A DNA stretch of 32,000 nucleotides from Formosa sp. Hel1_33_131 (GTDB taxonomy: Bacteria; Bacteroidota; Bacteroidia; Flavobacteriales; Flavobacteriaceae), in the NCBI RefSeq assembly GCF_001735745.1, contig NZ_CP017260.1, positions 1,380,001 through 1,412,000 of the forward strand, read 5' to 3'. The notes beneath the pieces are model-generated. The model worked only from the letters and a program-made list of their open reading frames with translations, was not told the DNA's origin and did not search any database. This document shows positions 9,550 to 18,949 of the stretch, piece after piece (the first letter of the stretch is position 1; each line of letters opens with the position of its first letter). The translations under genes were made by a program, and so were the position numbers.

Positions 9550-10598
9550 ATATCGTCAAAATCAACTTTGATCGTCGATGAGGTTGGCTCTGCTTGACAG
9601 CTTAAAACCAGTCCTTCCGCAACTTCATTATCTGTTAAAATGTTATTTTGTCGCATCGTAGCAGTCCCTTCAGTCACCCGACAGATACAACTACTACAAA
9701 CACCCCCTTGACACGAATAAGGCACATCAATATCATTGGCGAGTGCCGCTTCTAAAATGGTTTGTTTTTGAGACATTACTAAAGTCATTTCTTCCTCATC
9801 TACAAGAATCGTGACTTCTGACTCCCCTTCATTCGTACTTGTACTGGTTGATTTTACCGCGGAAGCTGTAAACAATTCAAATAGAATTTGAGAAGCTTCA
9901 ATCCCTTTTTCAGTTAGAATACTATTTACGGAGTTGATCATTCCTTCGGGGCCACACAAATAAAACTTCTGAGAATCATCAACAGTAATATTGTTTTTAA
10001 GAATATAATTAACGTTGCCGCTATCAATACGACCAAATAATGCACCCTCTTCATCGGTTTCACTATAAATAAATTGTACCTTAAAACGGTCGGTATAAAG
10101 TGTTTGTAGTTTTAAAATTTCTTCGTGGAAAATAGTTTCTTTAGGGCTCTTATTTCCGTAAATCAACACAAACGTGCTGTCGGTCTTCGTTTCCAAGACG
10201 GTTCTAGCAATACTCATTATCGGCGTAATTCCACTTCCTGCAGCAAAGGCTACAATAGTATTTGCCTTATTGGTTTCTGAGTCATAAACAAAACGTCCGT
10301 TAGGGGTGCCAACCTCTAGAGTATCGCCAGTTTTTAACTGTCTATTGGCATGGGACGAAAACACACCACCTTCAATTTCCTTAACAGTCACCGTCAGTGA
10401 TTCACTTTGAGGACTTGAACTTAAAGAATAATCCCTTCGAACTTCTTTAGCATCAATCACTGTTTTTAAGGTAATGTATTGACCGGCCGTAAAAGTATAT
10501 TCAGTTTTTAAGGTCGTTGGAACCTCAAAAGTGATGCTCACCGCTTTATCGGTTTGCCTTAAAATGGATTTTATTTTTAAAGAATGAAATTGAGCCAT
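9546..10598 (-). CDS. Ferredoxin-NAD(P) reductase fused to a plant-type 2Fe-2S ferredoxin (PaaE/FNR-like)
   Basis: FAD-binding RRDYSLSS (RxYS). NAD-binding AAGSGITP. C-terminal cluster motif C-QGGV-C-SS-C ... C (SCQGGVCSSCICRV...LSCQA). Confidence 0.85.
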   Translation of the reverse strand: MAQFHSLKIKSILRQTDKAVSITFEVPTTLKTEYTFTAGQYITLKTVIDAKEVRRDYSLSSSPQSESLTVTVKEIEGGVFSSHANRQLKTGDTLEVGTPNGRFVYDSETNKANTIVAFAAGSGITPIMSIARTVLETKTDSTFVLIYGNKSPKETIFHEEILKLQTLYTDRFKVQFIYSETDEEGALFGRIDSGNVNYILKNNITVDDSQKFYLCGPEGMINSVNSILTEKGIEASQILFELFTASAVKSTSTSTNEGESEVTILVDEEEMTLVMSQKQTILEAALANDIDVPYSCQGGVCSSCICRVTEGTATMRQNNILTDNEVAEGLVLSCQAEPTSSTIKVDFDDI

Positions 10599-10795
10599 GA
10601 AAGTTTTTTCAACAAAAATAAGAAAGATTTAAGATAATCATCTGTTAAGACTTCCCCAAAATTAGAACGGTTATTACTATAATTTTAGGCAAATCACTAT
10701 ATTTTGTTAGTTTTGTACAAAAAGATGGTTATTTTTACAACCTTGCATACGATAATGTGCTATCTTTTAGTTATGAATAAACAAAGACATCTCTG

Positions 10796-13321
10796 TTGAA
10801 AAACATTTTTAATTATATAGTTGTTGGGATTATAATAGTCTTAACTGTTACAAGTTGTTCTAGGAAAAAAGATAGATTCCTGAACCGTGCTTGGCATTCC
10901 GTAAACACAAAGTACAATATCCTCTATAATGGGAATGTAGCTTTGGAATCGGGAAAAACTTCTGTCATTGCTGCATATAAAGACAATTATTGGGAAATTC
11001 TTCCTGTGGAGCGTTTACAAATCACCGATGACATTGATTTCAGGAACAAAGCAAAAAACCTAAGCATTGAACTTGCGGAAGTAAAAGCCGTGAAAGCCAT
11101 CCAAAAACACGGGATGAATATTAAGGGAAAAGAAAAAAATCCTCAAATTGATGAAGCTTTTATGTTATTGGGCAAAGCCCGTTATTTCGACAATCGTTTT
11201 ATTCCCGCATTAGAGGCGTTTAATTATATTTTGTTTAAATACCCTGCAAGTAACAATATTAACTTAGCAAAAATTTGGCGAGCCAAAACCAATCTTCGCC
11301 TCCAAAACGAAGACATAGCGATTAAAAACCTGAAGAGACTTATTGAATTAGAAGACTTGTCCAAATACGATATCGTTGAAGCATCCTCGACCTTAGCACA
11401 AGCTTACATTACAACCAAAGCCTTGGACAGTGCGATTACCCAGTTACAAGTGGCATCGCAGCTGACGAAAAATAACGAACAACGTGGGCGTTTACATTTT
11501 ATAGAAGGTCAGCTCTATTCCGCTTTAGGGAAAAAAGACAGTGCCAACCTTGCGTTTGATAAAGTGATTGACCTCAATCGGAGATCACCAAGAGCCTATA
11601 TGATTAGTGCGCATTTAGAGAAAGTCAAAAATTTTGACCTCAAAAACGGTGATAAACTTGAACTTCAAGAGCTGTTAGAAGATTTGGAAACCAACAGAGA
11701 AAACAGACCTTTCTTAGATAAAATCTACCATCAAATCGCGAAGTATCAACTTCAGAACGAATCGGATTCAACAGCCATATCCTATTTCAATAAATCGCTG
11801 CGAACCAATTCCGAAGATGACTATTTGAAAGCGGTAAACTATCAAACCTTAGGAGATTTAAACTTTGATTATTCGGAGTACAGTTTGGCAGGATCTTATT
11901 ATGACAGCACCTTATTAAGCCTTAAAGAAAACAGCAAATCGTTTCGCGCCATTAAACGTAAACGAGAGAATTTAGAGGATGTCATTTATTACGAATCCAT
12001 TGCTCAAGATAATGACAGTATTTTAAGTGTTGTAGCCATGTCAGACGCTGATAAAGAAGTGTACTTCCAATCCTATATTGAGACCTTAAAACTAGAAGAA
12101 GAAGTATCAGAAAAAGTAGCTGCTTCCACTGGAAATTCTTTTGGAGCCTCTCAAAATGCAGTCACAAAAAAGGGAAAATCCTTTTATTTTTACAACCCAA
12201 CAACTGTGGCATTTGGCAAAAATGAATTTATTAGAATATGGGGCGATCGCGCTTTAGAAACCAATTGGCGTTGGTCTAGTAAATCTGCACAATCTGACAC
12301 AGAAACAACGGATGAAATAGAAAAGGCTGCAGAAGCCGCGGAAGAGGAAGAACAAAAACGTTATTCAGTGGATTATTATCTAGCGCAAATCCCAACCGAA
12401 GAAAAAGTATTGGACAGCATCGCTAAAGAACGCAATTTTGCCTATTACCAATTGGGACTTATATATAAAGACAAGTTTAAGGAGTATAAACGCGCACAGA
12501 ATAAGCTCGAATACTTATTGAAACAAAACCCTGAAGAGCGCCTTGTGTTGCCAGCAAAATACAACCTCTACAAATTATATGCGCTGTTAGATTTGAAGCG
12601 CTTGCAAGCACTTGCCAAAAGCGATATTATTGAGAACTTCCCAGATTCTCGATATGCTGAAATTTTGTTAAACCCAGAATCAGCCTTGTTAAATAACGAA
12701 AATAGCCCCGAAACACTTTACAATAATTTATATGCGCAGTTTGAGTTGGGAGAATACCAACAGGTCATTGATGGGTGCGATCTACAAATTATTAGACTTG
12801 ATGGCGATCAAATTGTACCCAAGCTAGAACTTTTAAAAGTAACCTCCAAAGCTCGGTTGTTTGGTTTTGAGGCTTATAAAGAAGGACTCAACTTTGTAGC
12901 CTTAAACTACCCAAGCAGCATCGAAGGGAAAAAAGCCGCTCAAATGTACGAAACAGTCATTCCACAGCTAGAAAGTGTGGAGTTTGTTCAGGACTCAACC
13001 CAAACGAATTTCAAAACTATTTTTAAATTTGAAGCGTCAGAAACCGATGAAATCAAGGCGTTTGATGAATCCTTAAGCACTGCTATTGAAGATATTGACT
13101 ATTTTAAATTGAGCATTTCAAAAGACCGTTACGATACAAACACTATATTTGTAGTGGTTCATGGACTAAAAAGTGTCCAAGGTGCCTTTGGATTTGCTGA
13201 AATATTAAAAAACAAAAATGACTTTATAATATCTAAACCATTTTTTGGAATTTCTTCCAAAAATTATCAAACCGTTCAAATACATAAAAACCTAGAAGCC
13301 TACCTAGAAACCATTAATTAA
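10796..13321 (+). CDS. sprE: Type IX secretion/gliding lipoprotein PorW/SprE-like (TPR-containing)
   Basis: Lipoprotein signal (IIIVLTVTSC). 841 aa with TPR-like helical repeats and an acidic linker (EKAAEAAEEEEQK). From memory, sprE lies just upstream of a bactofilin gene and the atp operon in Flavobacterium johnsoniae, as it does here. TTG start. Confidence 0.7.
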   Translation: MKNIFNYIVVGIIIVLTVTSCSRKKDRFLNRAWHSVNTKYNILYNGNVALESGKTSVIAAYKDNYWEILPVERLQITDDIDFRNKAKNLSIELAEVKAVKAIQKHGMNIKGKEKNPQIDEAFMLLGKARYFDNRFIPALEAFNYILFKYPASNNINLAKIWRAKTNLRLQNEDIAIKNLKRLIELEDLSKYDIVEASSTLAQAYITTKALDSAITQLQVASQLTKNNEQRGRLHFIEGQLYSALGKKDSANLAFDKVIDLNRRSPRAYMISAHLEKVKNFDLKNGDKLELQELLEDLETNRENRPFLDKIYHQIAKYQLQNESDSTAISYFNKSLRTNSEDDYLKAVNYQTLGDLNFDYSEYSLAGSYYDSTLLSLKENSKSFRAIKRKRENLEDVIYYESIAQDNDSILSVVAMSDADKEVYFQSYIETLKLEEEVSEKVAASTGNSFGASQNAVTKKGKSFYFYNPTTVAFGKNEFIRIWGDRALETNWRWSSKSAQSDTETTDEIEKAAEAAEEEEQKRYSVDYYLAQIPTEEKVLDSIAKERNFAYYQLGLIYKDKFKEYKRAQNKLEYLLKQNPEERLVLPAKYNLYKLYALLDLKRLQALAKSDIIENFPDSRYAEILLNPESALLNNENSPETLYNNLYAQFELGEYQQVIDGCDLQIIRLDGDQIVPKLELLKVTSKARLFGFEAYKEGLNFVALNYPSSIEGKKAAQMYETVIPQLESVEFVQDSTQTNFKTIFKFEASETDEIKAFDESLSTAIEDIDYFKLSISKDRYDTNTIFVVVHGLKSVQGAFGFAEILKNKNDFIISKPFFGISSKNYQTVQIHKNLEAYLETIN

Positions 13322-13333
13322 AACACGACAGCT

Positions 13334-13759
13334 ATGTTTACAGAGAACAAAAAATCAAATTCGAATACATTTTCGCAACAAAATACCATCGCTCAAGGGA
13401 CCACCTTTACGGGCGATTTAATCAGCGAAGGCGACTTTCGTATCGAAGGGATTATCAACGGATCATTGAATACTTCAGGGAAAGTTGTCATCGGGAAAAC
13501 AGGTTCGGTTGAAGGCTTTTTAACTTGTGCTAATGCGGATGTGGAAGGGAAGTTCAAAGGGACGTTAAACGTTTCCGACACGCTTAACTTACGTTCTTCT
13601 GCATATATAGATGGGGAAGTGCAAATAGGGAAACTATCTGTGGAGCCTGGTGCAACCTTTAACGCAAGCTGTCTTATGAAAGGTTCTGTAAAAGAATTGA
13701 AAAACGAAACAAAAGTAGACACATCTCAAAACAATTCAAAAAGTGGACAATCCGCTTAA
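13334..13759 (+). CDS. Bactofilin (polymer-forming cytoskeletal protein)
   Basis: Repetitive beta-helix pattern of G-x-hydrophobic turns (GDLISEGDFRIEGIINGSLNTSGKVVIGKTGSVEGFL...VEGKFKGTLNV...IDGEVQIGKLSV). Confidence 0.8.
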   Translation: MFTENKKSNSNTFSQQNTIAQGTTFTGDLISEGDFRIEGIINGSLNTSGKVVIGKTGSVEGFLTCANADVEGKFKGTLNVSDTLNLRSSAYIDGEVQIGKLSVEPGATFNASCLMKGSVKELKNETKVDTSQNNSKSGQSA

Positions 13760-13958
13760 ACAACTCGGAATTCTATCTGCGATAGGTGTTCAGATGGCAG
13801 CAATCATTGCTGTAGGGACATTTGTAGGGGTCAAGCTCGATGAAAAACACCCTAACGACACTAATCTTTTTACGTTAATAGGCACTTTATTTTCAGTAAT
13901 CCTATCAATTTATTTTGTGATAAGACGTGTTATTTCGGCTTCAAAAGATGATAAATAA
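13743..13958 (+). CDS. AtpZ/AtpI-like small membrane protein
   Basis: 71 aa with two TM helices (ILSAIGVQMAAIIAVGTFVG; LFTLIGTLFSVILSIYFVI), at the head of the atp operon. The GTG start overlaps the bactofilin 3' end by 17 nt. Confidence 0.6.
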   Translation: MDNPLKQLGILSAIGVQMAAIIAVGTFVGVKLDEKHPNDTNLFTLIGTLFSVILSIYFVIRRVISASKDDK

Positions 13959-14390
13959 ATGAATACACTCTTTAAAAAAAGAGAATTAGACTTTCTCATT
14001 AAATTGTCGGTAATAAGTATATTGCTCTTTGGAGTGCATAGCTATCTAAATTACCATTTCGCACAAGATATCTTACTTTTTTTCCCACTCTGGCATATTT
14101 ATTTATTTCATGTGGTGACCGTTTTGTTGATTTATTCTTTCATAAATTACCGCGACTCCATAGGAAAAACAGAAGTGTTTAATGTCTTTATGCTTGGGAT
14201 GCTTTTAAAAATGATTCTAGTTATTGTTTTTCTATTGCCATGGCTTTTATCTAAGCCTGAACAACAAGGATATGATTTAACGAACTTTTTCGTTCCATAT
14301 TTTATTTTATTGGCTTTTGAAGTGTATTCTGTGACGGAATTTCTTCAAAAAAACGAACCACTTGATACCACTCCAAAAGGCGACAAATAA
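13959..14390 (+). CDS. Membrane protein of unknown function preceding atpB
   Basis: 143 aa with four hydrophobic helices. The ATG abuts the upstream stop. The position corresponds to an ATP synthase protein-I-like slot. Confidence 0.6.
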   Translation: MNTLFKKRELDFLIKLSVISILLFGVHSYLNYHFAQDILLFFPLWHIYLFHVVTVLLIYSFINYRDSIGKTEVFNVFMLGMLLKMILVIVFLLPWLLSKPEQQGYDLTNFFVPYFILLAFEVYSVTEFLQKNEPLDTTPKGDK

Positions 14391-14422
14391 TCATTTAAAT
14401 ATTATTTGTCATTTCATTAAAT

Positions 14423-15553
14423 GTGTGTACATTTGCAGCAAAATTAATCAAGGTATTTTTAATTAAAAGCAGCGTATTGAACTCCTTTAGAACCGTATTA
14501 TTCTCAACATTATTTTTAGCAATTTCTTTTGTGGGTTTTGCCAAGGAAAACGAACCAACTCAAGATGATGCGCCTTTTGATCCAAAAGCGATGATTTTAC
14601 ATCACGTAAAGGATGCGCATGAGTTTCATTTATGGGACTGGAAAGGAACCCCTGTATCACTATCATTACCAATTATATTGTGGACAGACAATGGGATAAC
14701 AACATTTTCTTCAAGTCAATTTCACCATGATGATGAAGGTAAAACAATTGTGCAAGCAAACGGTGGGAGCTTTGTTAAATTACACGAAAAAATTTATCAA
14801 TTAGAGGCCGGCGCTACTGCCGTCGCTTATGATGCAGAACACCACCCAACAAATGCACATAAACCTCTAAATTTTTCAATTACCAGAAACGTATTTATGA
14901 TGTGGGTTTCTGTGGCACTGCTATTATTGATATTCTTAACAACTGCAAGAAGCTACAAAAAGTCTAAAGATGGTGTCCCAACAGGGATTGCTGGATTTAT
15001 GGAGCCCTTAATTGTATTTGTAAGAGATGAAATTGGCAAACCAATGATTGGTGAGCACAAGTATAAAAAATACATGCCTTATTTGTTAACCATCTTTTTC
15101 TTTATTTGGATCAATAACATTTTTGGGTTGATTCCAATTTTAAATGGAGCCAACTTAAGTGGTAACATAGCCTTTACGTTTACACTCGCAATGTTTACAT
15201 TTATAATTACAACGTTTAGTGGTAACAAAAATTACTGGAAACACATCTTTTGGATGCCAGGAGTTCCTGTGCCAATGAAAATATTTTTAATGCCTATTGA
15301 GATTATTGGAATGTTCGTCAAACCAATCTCGTTAATGATTCGTTTGTTTGCCAACATTACAGCAGGACACGTTATCATATTGGCATTGATGTCATTAATA
15401 TTTGTATTTAAGTCGGTTGCGATTGCTCCCGTCTCTGTAGCGTTTTCGTTATTTATTACAGTAATCGAAATTATTGTTACAGCAATACAAGCGTATATAT
15501 TTACAATATTGTCAGCCCTCTATTTTGGAATGGCAACAGAAGAAGAACATTAA
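14423..15553 (+). CDS. atpB: F0F1 ATP synthase subunit a
   Basis: C-terminal core with the conserved Arg helix (LMIRLFANITAGHVIILAL). Long N-terminal extension with a signal-like segment. The start is uncertain: a TACATTTG -7 box at 14428-14435 lies inside the ORF, so the in-frame TTG at 14477 (MNSFRTVLF...) may be the real start. Confidence 0.9.
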   Translation: MCTFAAKLIKVFLIKSSVLNSFRTVLFSTLFLAISFVGFAKENEPTQDDAPFDPKAMILHHVKDAHEFHLWDWKGTPVSLSLPIILWTDNGITTFSSSQFHHDDEGKTIVQANGGSFVKLHEKIYQLEAGATAVAYDAEHHPTNAHKPLNFSITRNVFMMWVSVALLLLIFLTTARSYKKSKDGVPTGIAGFMEPLIVFVRDEIGKPMIGEHKYKKYMPYLLTIFFFIWINNIFGLIPILNGANLSGNIAFTFTLAMFTFIITTFSGNKNYWKHIFWMPGVPVPMKIFLMPIEIIGMFVKPISLMIRLFANITAGHVIILALMSLIFVFKSVAIAPVSVAFSLFITVIEIIVTAIQAYIFTILSALYFGMATEEEH

Positions 15554-15557
15554 TTAA

Positions 15558-15785
<228 letters not shown>

Positions 15786-15795
15786 AAACACAAAG

Positions 15796-15832
15796 AATAC
15801 TGAAGTGACGGTTGGTTGCTTCAGTATTTTTT
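15796..15832 (+). terminator. Stem-loop plus T-run after atpE (terminator or attenuator-like)
   Basis: aatactgaag (15796-15805) is perfectly complementary to cttcagtatt (15819-15828). The loop is 13 nt and the stem is followed by tttt(15829-15832)aaattt. Confidence 0.4.
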
Positions 15833-15862
15833 AAATTTAAGTTATTTAAAAAAAACAAAGAA

Positions 15863-16357
15863 ATGGATTTAATTACACCGGAATTTGGATTGGTATTTTG
15901 GACGGCAATAACGTTCATTATTCTATTAGTGATTTTAAGAAAATTTGCTTGGAATCCAATTTTAGGAGCTGTTAGCGAGCGTGAAGAAGGTATCAAAACC
16001 GCTCTAGCATCTGCTGAAAATGCGCGTAAAGAAATGGAGAATCTTACTGCAGATAACGACCGTATTTTGCAAGAAGCCCGTGCCGAACGTCAAGCCATGC
16101 TTAAAGAAGCACGTGAGTTAAAAAGCAGTATGATTGAATCTGCAAAAACAGAAGCAAAAGAAGAAGCTAATAAATTAGTAGCACAAGCACAAGCCGCTAT
16201 CGAATCTGAAAAGAAAGCCGCTATTGCCGATTTAAAATCAGTGGTTGCAGAACTTTCAATTTCTATTGCAGAAGCAGTGGTTCGTGAAGAGCTTTCAGAC
16301 AAAGCGAAACAAGAAAAATTAGTGGAATCAATGTTGGAAAACGCTACCCTAAACTAA
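15863..16357 (+). CDS. atpF: F0F1 ATP synthase subunit b
   Basis: MDLITPEFGLVFWTAITFIILLVIL TM anchor, then a long charged coiled coil. The ATG at 15863 is preferred because the upstream GTG at 15812 lies inside the atpE-distal hairpin. Confidence 0.9.
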   Translation: MDLITPEFGLVFWTAITFIILLVILRKFAWNPILGAVSEREEGIKTALASAENARKEMENLTADNDRILQEARAERQAMLKEARELKSSMIESAKTEAKEEANKLVAQAQAAIESEKKAAIADLKSVVAELSISIAEAVVREELSDKAKQEKLVESMLENATLN

Positions 16358-16363
16358 TTAATC

Positions 16364-16900
16364 ATGGCAGGAACAAGAGCAGCAATAAGATATGCAAAAG
16401 CCGTATTAAGCTTAGCATCAGATAACAAACAAGCAGCGGCAGTCCAGGCAGATATGACCCTTATCGGTCAAGCAATTGCAGACAATGCTTCTTTGGAAGC
16501 AGCGCTCAAAAGCCCTGTGGTCAAACTATCTGAAAAAGCAGATGTATTGAAAGCTGTATTTCCTTCTGTAAGTTCAGAAAGTAAATCGTTGTTTAATATT
16601 CTTGTAACCAACAAAAGAGTCGATATTCTAGGTCAAGTAGCTACCCAATTCGGGATTCTATACGATCTAGCAAACAATAAAGAAAATGCCTTTGTAACCA
16701 CCGCCATCCCGATGACTTCTGAATTAGAAGCCAAAGTCATGGCAAAGCTTAAAACCTTAACCACAAAGGAAGTGACCCTTAGCAATTCTGTAGATGAAAA
16801 CATCCTTGGTGGGTTCATTTTACGAGTTGGAGATCAACAATACGATGCGAGTGTTTCGAATCAATTAAATACGTTAAAACGTAAATTTACAATTAACTAA
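16364..16900 (+). CDS. atpH: F0F1 ATP synthase subunit delta
   Basis: 178 aa starting RYAKAVLSLA. C-terminal ILGGFILRVGDQQYDASV, typical of OSCP/delta. Its position between atpF and atpA also fits. Confidence 0.9.
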   Translation: MAGTRAAIRYAKAVLSLASDNKQAAAVQADMTLIGQAIADNASLEAALKSPVVKLSEKADVLKAVFPSVSSESKSLFNILVTNKRVDILGQVATQFGILYDLANNKENAFVTTAIPMTSELEAKVMAKLKTLTTKEVTLSNSVDENILGGFILRVGDQQYDASVSNQLNTLKRKFTIN

Positions 16901-16941
16901 AACTATACTGAGATTCAATCAGAGGTATAAAATAAATTAAG

Positions 16942-18522
16942 ATGGCAGAAGTAAAAGCAGCTGAAATATCAGCAATTTTAAAACAACAACTTTCAGGTTT
17001 CGAAGCAACAGCTTCCTTAGATGAGGTAGGAACTGTATTAACTGTAGGGGATGGTATTGTGCGTGCATACGGACTTTCCAATGCAGAATATGGCGAACTT
17101 GTACAATTTGAAGGCGATCTTGAAGGGATTGTATTAAACCTTGAAGAAGACAATGTTGGTATCGTACTTTTAGGCGCTTCTAACGTCATAAAAGAAGGTT
17201 CTATTGTAAAACGTACCGGACGTATTGCTTCCATCAATGTTGGTGAAGGAATTGTTGGCCGTGTGGTAGATACACTTGGTGCACCGATTGACGGTAAAGG
17301 CCCTATTGAAGGGAAACTTTACGAAATGCCTTTAGAGCGTAAAGCACCCGGGGTTATTTTTCGTGAGCCTGTAACTGAGCCTTTACAAACAGGTATCAAA
17401 TCCATTGACGCCATGATCCCAGTAGGACGTGGACAACGTGAGTTGGTGATTGGTGACAGACAAACCGGTAAAACGGCCGTTTGTATTGATACCATCTTAA
17501 ATCAAAAAGAATTTTACGATGCAGGGGAACCTGTATATTGTATCTATGTAGCTGTTGGACAAAAAGCGTCAACAGTGGCATTGATTGCTAAAACATTGGA
17601 AGAAAAAGGAGCCTTAGCATACACGACAATTGTCGCAGCAAATGCTTCGGATCCAGCACCAATGCAAGTATATGCACCCTTTGCAGGCGCCGCTATTGGT
17701 GAATTTTTCAGAGATACGGGTCGTCCAGCATTGATTGTCTATGACGATTTATCAAAACAAGCCGTTGCTTACCGTGAAGTATCACTTTTATTACGTCGTC
17801 CTCCGGGACGTGAGGCGTATCCAGGAGATGTATTTTACTTACACTCCCGTTTATTAGAGCGTGCAGCAAAAGTCATCAACAACGATGAAATTGCAAAAGA
17901 CATGAACGACTTACCAGACTCCTTAAAGCCAATTGTAAAAGGAGGAGGTTCTTTAACAGCCCTTCCAATTATTGAAACACAAGCAGGCGATGTATCTGCT
18001 TATATTCCAACCAACGTAATTTCGATTACGGATGGTCAGATTTTCTTAGATGGTGATTTGTTTAATTCTGGTGTTCGTCCAGCAATTAACGTCGGTATTT
18101 CGGTATCTCGTGTGGGTGGAAATGCACAGATTAAAGCGATGAAAAAAGTATCTGGAACCTTAAAATTAGACCAGGCTCAATTCCGTGAATTGGAAGCCTT
18201 TGCTAAGTTTGGATCTGATTTAGATGCCGTCACTTTAAATGTGATTGAAAAAGGAAGACGTAACGTTGAAATTTTGAAGCAAGCACAAAACGATCCTTTC
18301 AAAGTAGAAGATCAAGTTGCAATTATTTTTGCAGGATCTAAAAACTTGTTAAGAGCCGTGCCTGTCAACAAAGTAAAAGAATTTGAAACGGAATACATCG
18401 AGTTTTTAAGAGCCAAGCACAGCGATGTGTTAGCAACCTTAAAATCAGGTAAATTAACAGACGAAGTTACAGATACGTTAACAGCAGTTGCAAAAGAATT
18501 ATCAGGAAAGTATAAAGATTAA
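16942..18522 (+). CDS. atpA: F0F1 ATP synthase subunit alpha
   Basis: Walker A GDRQTGKT. Also the alpha blocks [46 protein letters not shown]. 526 aa. Confidence 0.97.
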   Translation: MAEVKAAEISAILKQQLSGFEATASLDEVGTVLTVGDGIVRAYGLSNAEYGELVQFEGDLEGIVLNLEEDNVGIVLLGASNVIKEGSIVKRTGRIASINVGEGIVGRVVDTLGAPIDGKGPIEGKLYEMPLERKAPGVIFREPVTEPLQTGIKSIDAMIPVGRGQRELVIGDRQTGKTAVCIDTILNQKEFYDAGEPVYCIYVAVGQKASTVALIAKTLEEKGALAYTTIVAANASDPAPMQVYAPFAGAAIGEFFRDTGRPALIVYDDLSKQAVAYREVSLLLRRPPGREAYPGDVFYLHSRLLERAAKVINNDEIAKDMNDLPDSLKPIVKGGGSLTALPIIETQAGDVSAYIPTNVISITDGQIFLDGDLFNSGVRPAINVGISVSRVGGNAQIKAMKKVSGTLKLDQAQFRELEAFAKFGSDLDAVTLNVIEKGRRNVEILKQAQNDPFKVEDQVAIIFAGSKNLLRAVPVNKVKEFETEYIEFLRAKHSDVLATLKSGKLTDEVTDTLTAVAKELSGKYKD

Positions 18523-18538
18523 ATAGTTAGGAGTTTAG

Positions 18539-18563
18539 AGTGATGAGTTCAGAGTTATAAGCT
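18539..18563. repeat. Left arm of the inverted repeat flanking the four-helix-bundle cassette
   Basis: agtgatgagttcagagttataagct pairs with 18925-18949 at 21 of 25 positions (hand alignment). The arm is built of GAGTT-like short units. Confidence 0.6.
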
Positions 18564-18598
18564 CATTTCTTTAACTTCATATTAATAGCTTAAAAAAA

Positions 18599-18933
18599 AT
18601 GTCTTTAAATAACAGTCCTATACGAGTAAAGAGTTTTTAGTTTGCTTGTGAGATTGTTCATTTTACGGATAAATTAAAAAAAATAAGGATTTTGAGTTAG
18701 CTTCTCAATTGCTAAAAAGCGGAACGAGTATTGGAGCCAATACAAGAGAAGCTCAAAGAGGAGTTAGTAAAAAGGACTTTAAAAATAAATTTGGAATTGC
18801 TTTAAAGGAAGCTGATGAGACCAAATATTGGTTAGAAATTCTTGAAGCTACAGGAAGAGAAGTTCCAACAGAAATGATGAATAAGTGTGAAGAGTTAATA
18901 AGAATTTTAGTAGCAATCATTAAAAACTCATAA
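18599..18933 (+). pseudogene. Four-helix-bundle protein (23S rRNA intervening-sequence protein family), disrupted
   Basis: The 3' part (ORF 18709-18933) reads QLLKSGTSIGANTREAQRGVSKKDFKNKFGIALKEADETKYWLEIL, the hallmark core of this family. The 5' part is in another frame from the ATG at 18599 (MSLNNSPIRVKSF*FACEIVHFTDKLKK). There is an in-frame TAG at 18638-18640 where family members have SFEFA. A frame change in the A8 run (18676-18683) is also needed. Confidence 0.7.
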
Positions 18934-18949
18934 CTCTGCACTCATAACT
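18925..18949. repeat. Right arm of the inverted repeat flanking the four-helix-bundle cassette
   Basis: aactcataactctgcactcataact is the reverse complement partner of 18539-18563. It overlaps the stop codon of the pseudogene and ends 6 nt before the atpG ATG. Confidence 0.6.

Noticed and set aside
13393-13722. 109-aa ORF antisense to the bactofilin gene
   Set aside because: It lies entirely within a well-supported CDS. The repetitive, stop-poor beta-helix coding sequence readily yields open antisense frames. No motif and no independent start context were found.
16893-17237. 114-aa ORF antisense to the atpH/atpA junction
   Set aside because: It overlaps highly conserved atpA coding sequence. 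The product is Ser/Pro/Thr-rich and low in complexity, typical of antisense translation.
18709-18933. Treating the 74-aa ORF as an intact gene
   Set aside because: Upstream sequence in another frame clearly encodes the missing N-terminal helix of the same family, interrupted by a TAG and a frameshift. It is annotated as a pseudogene instead.
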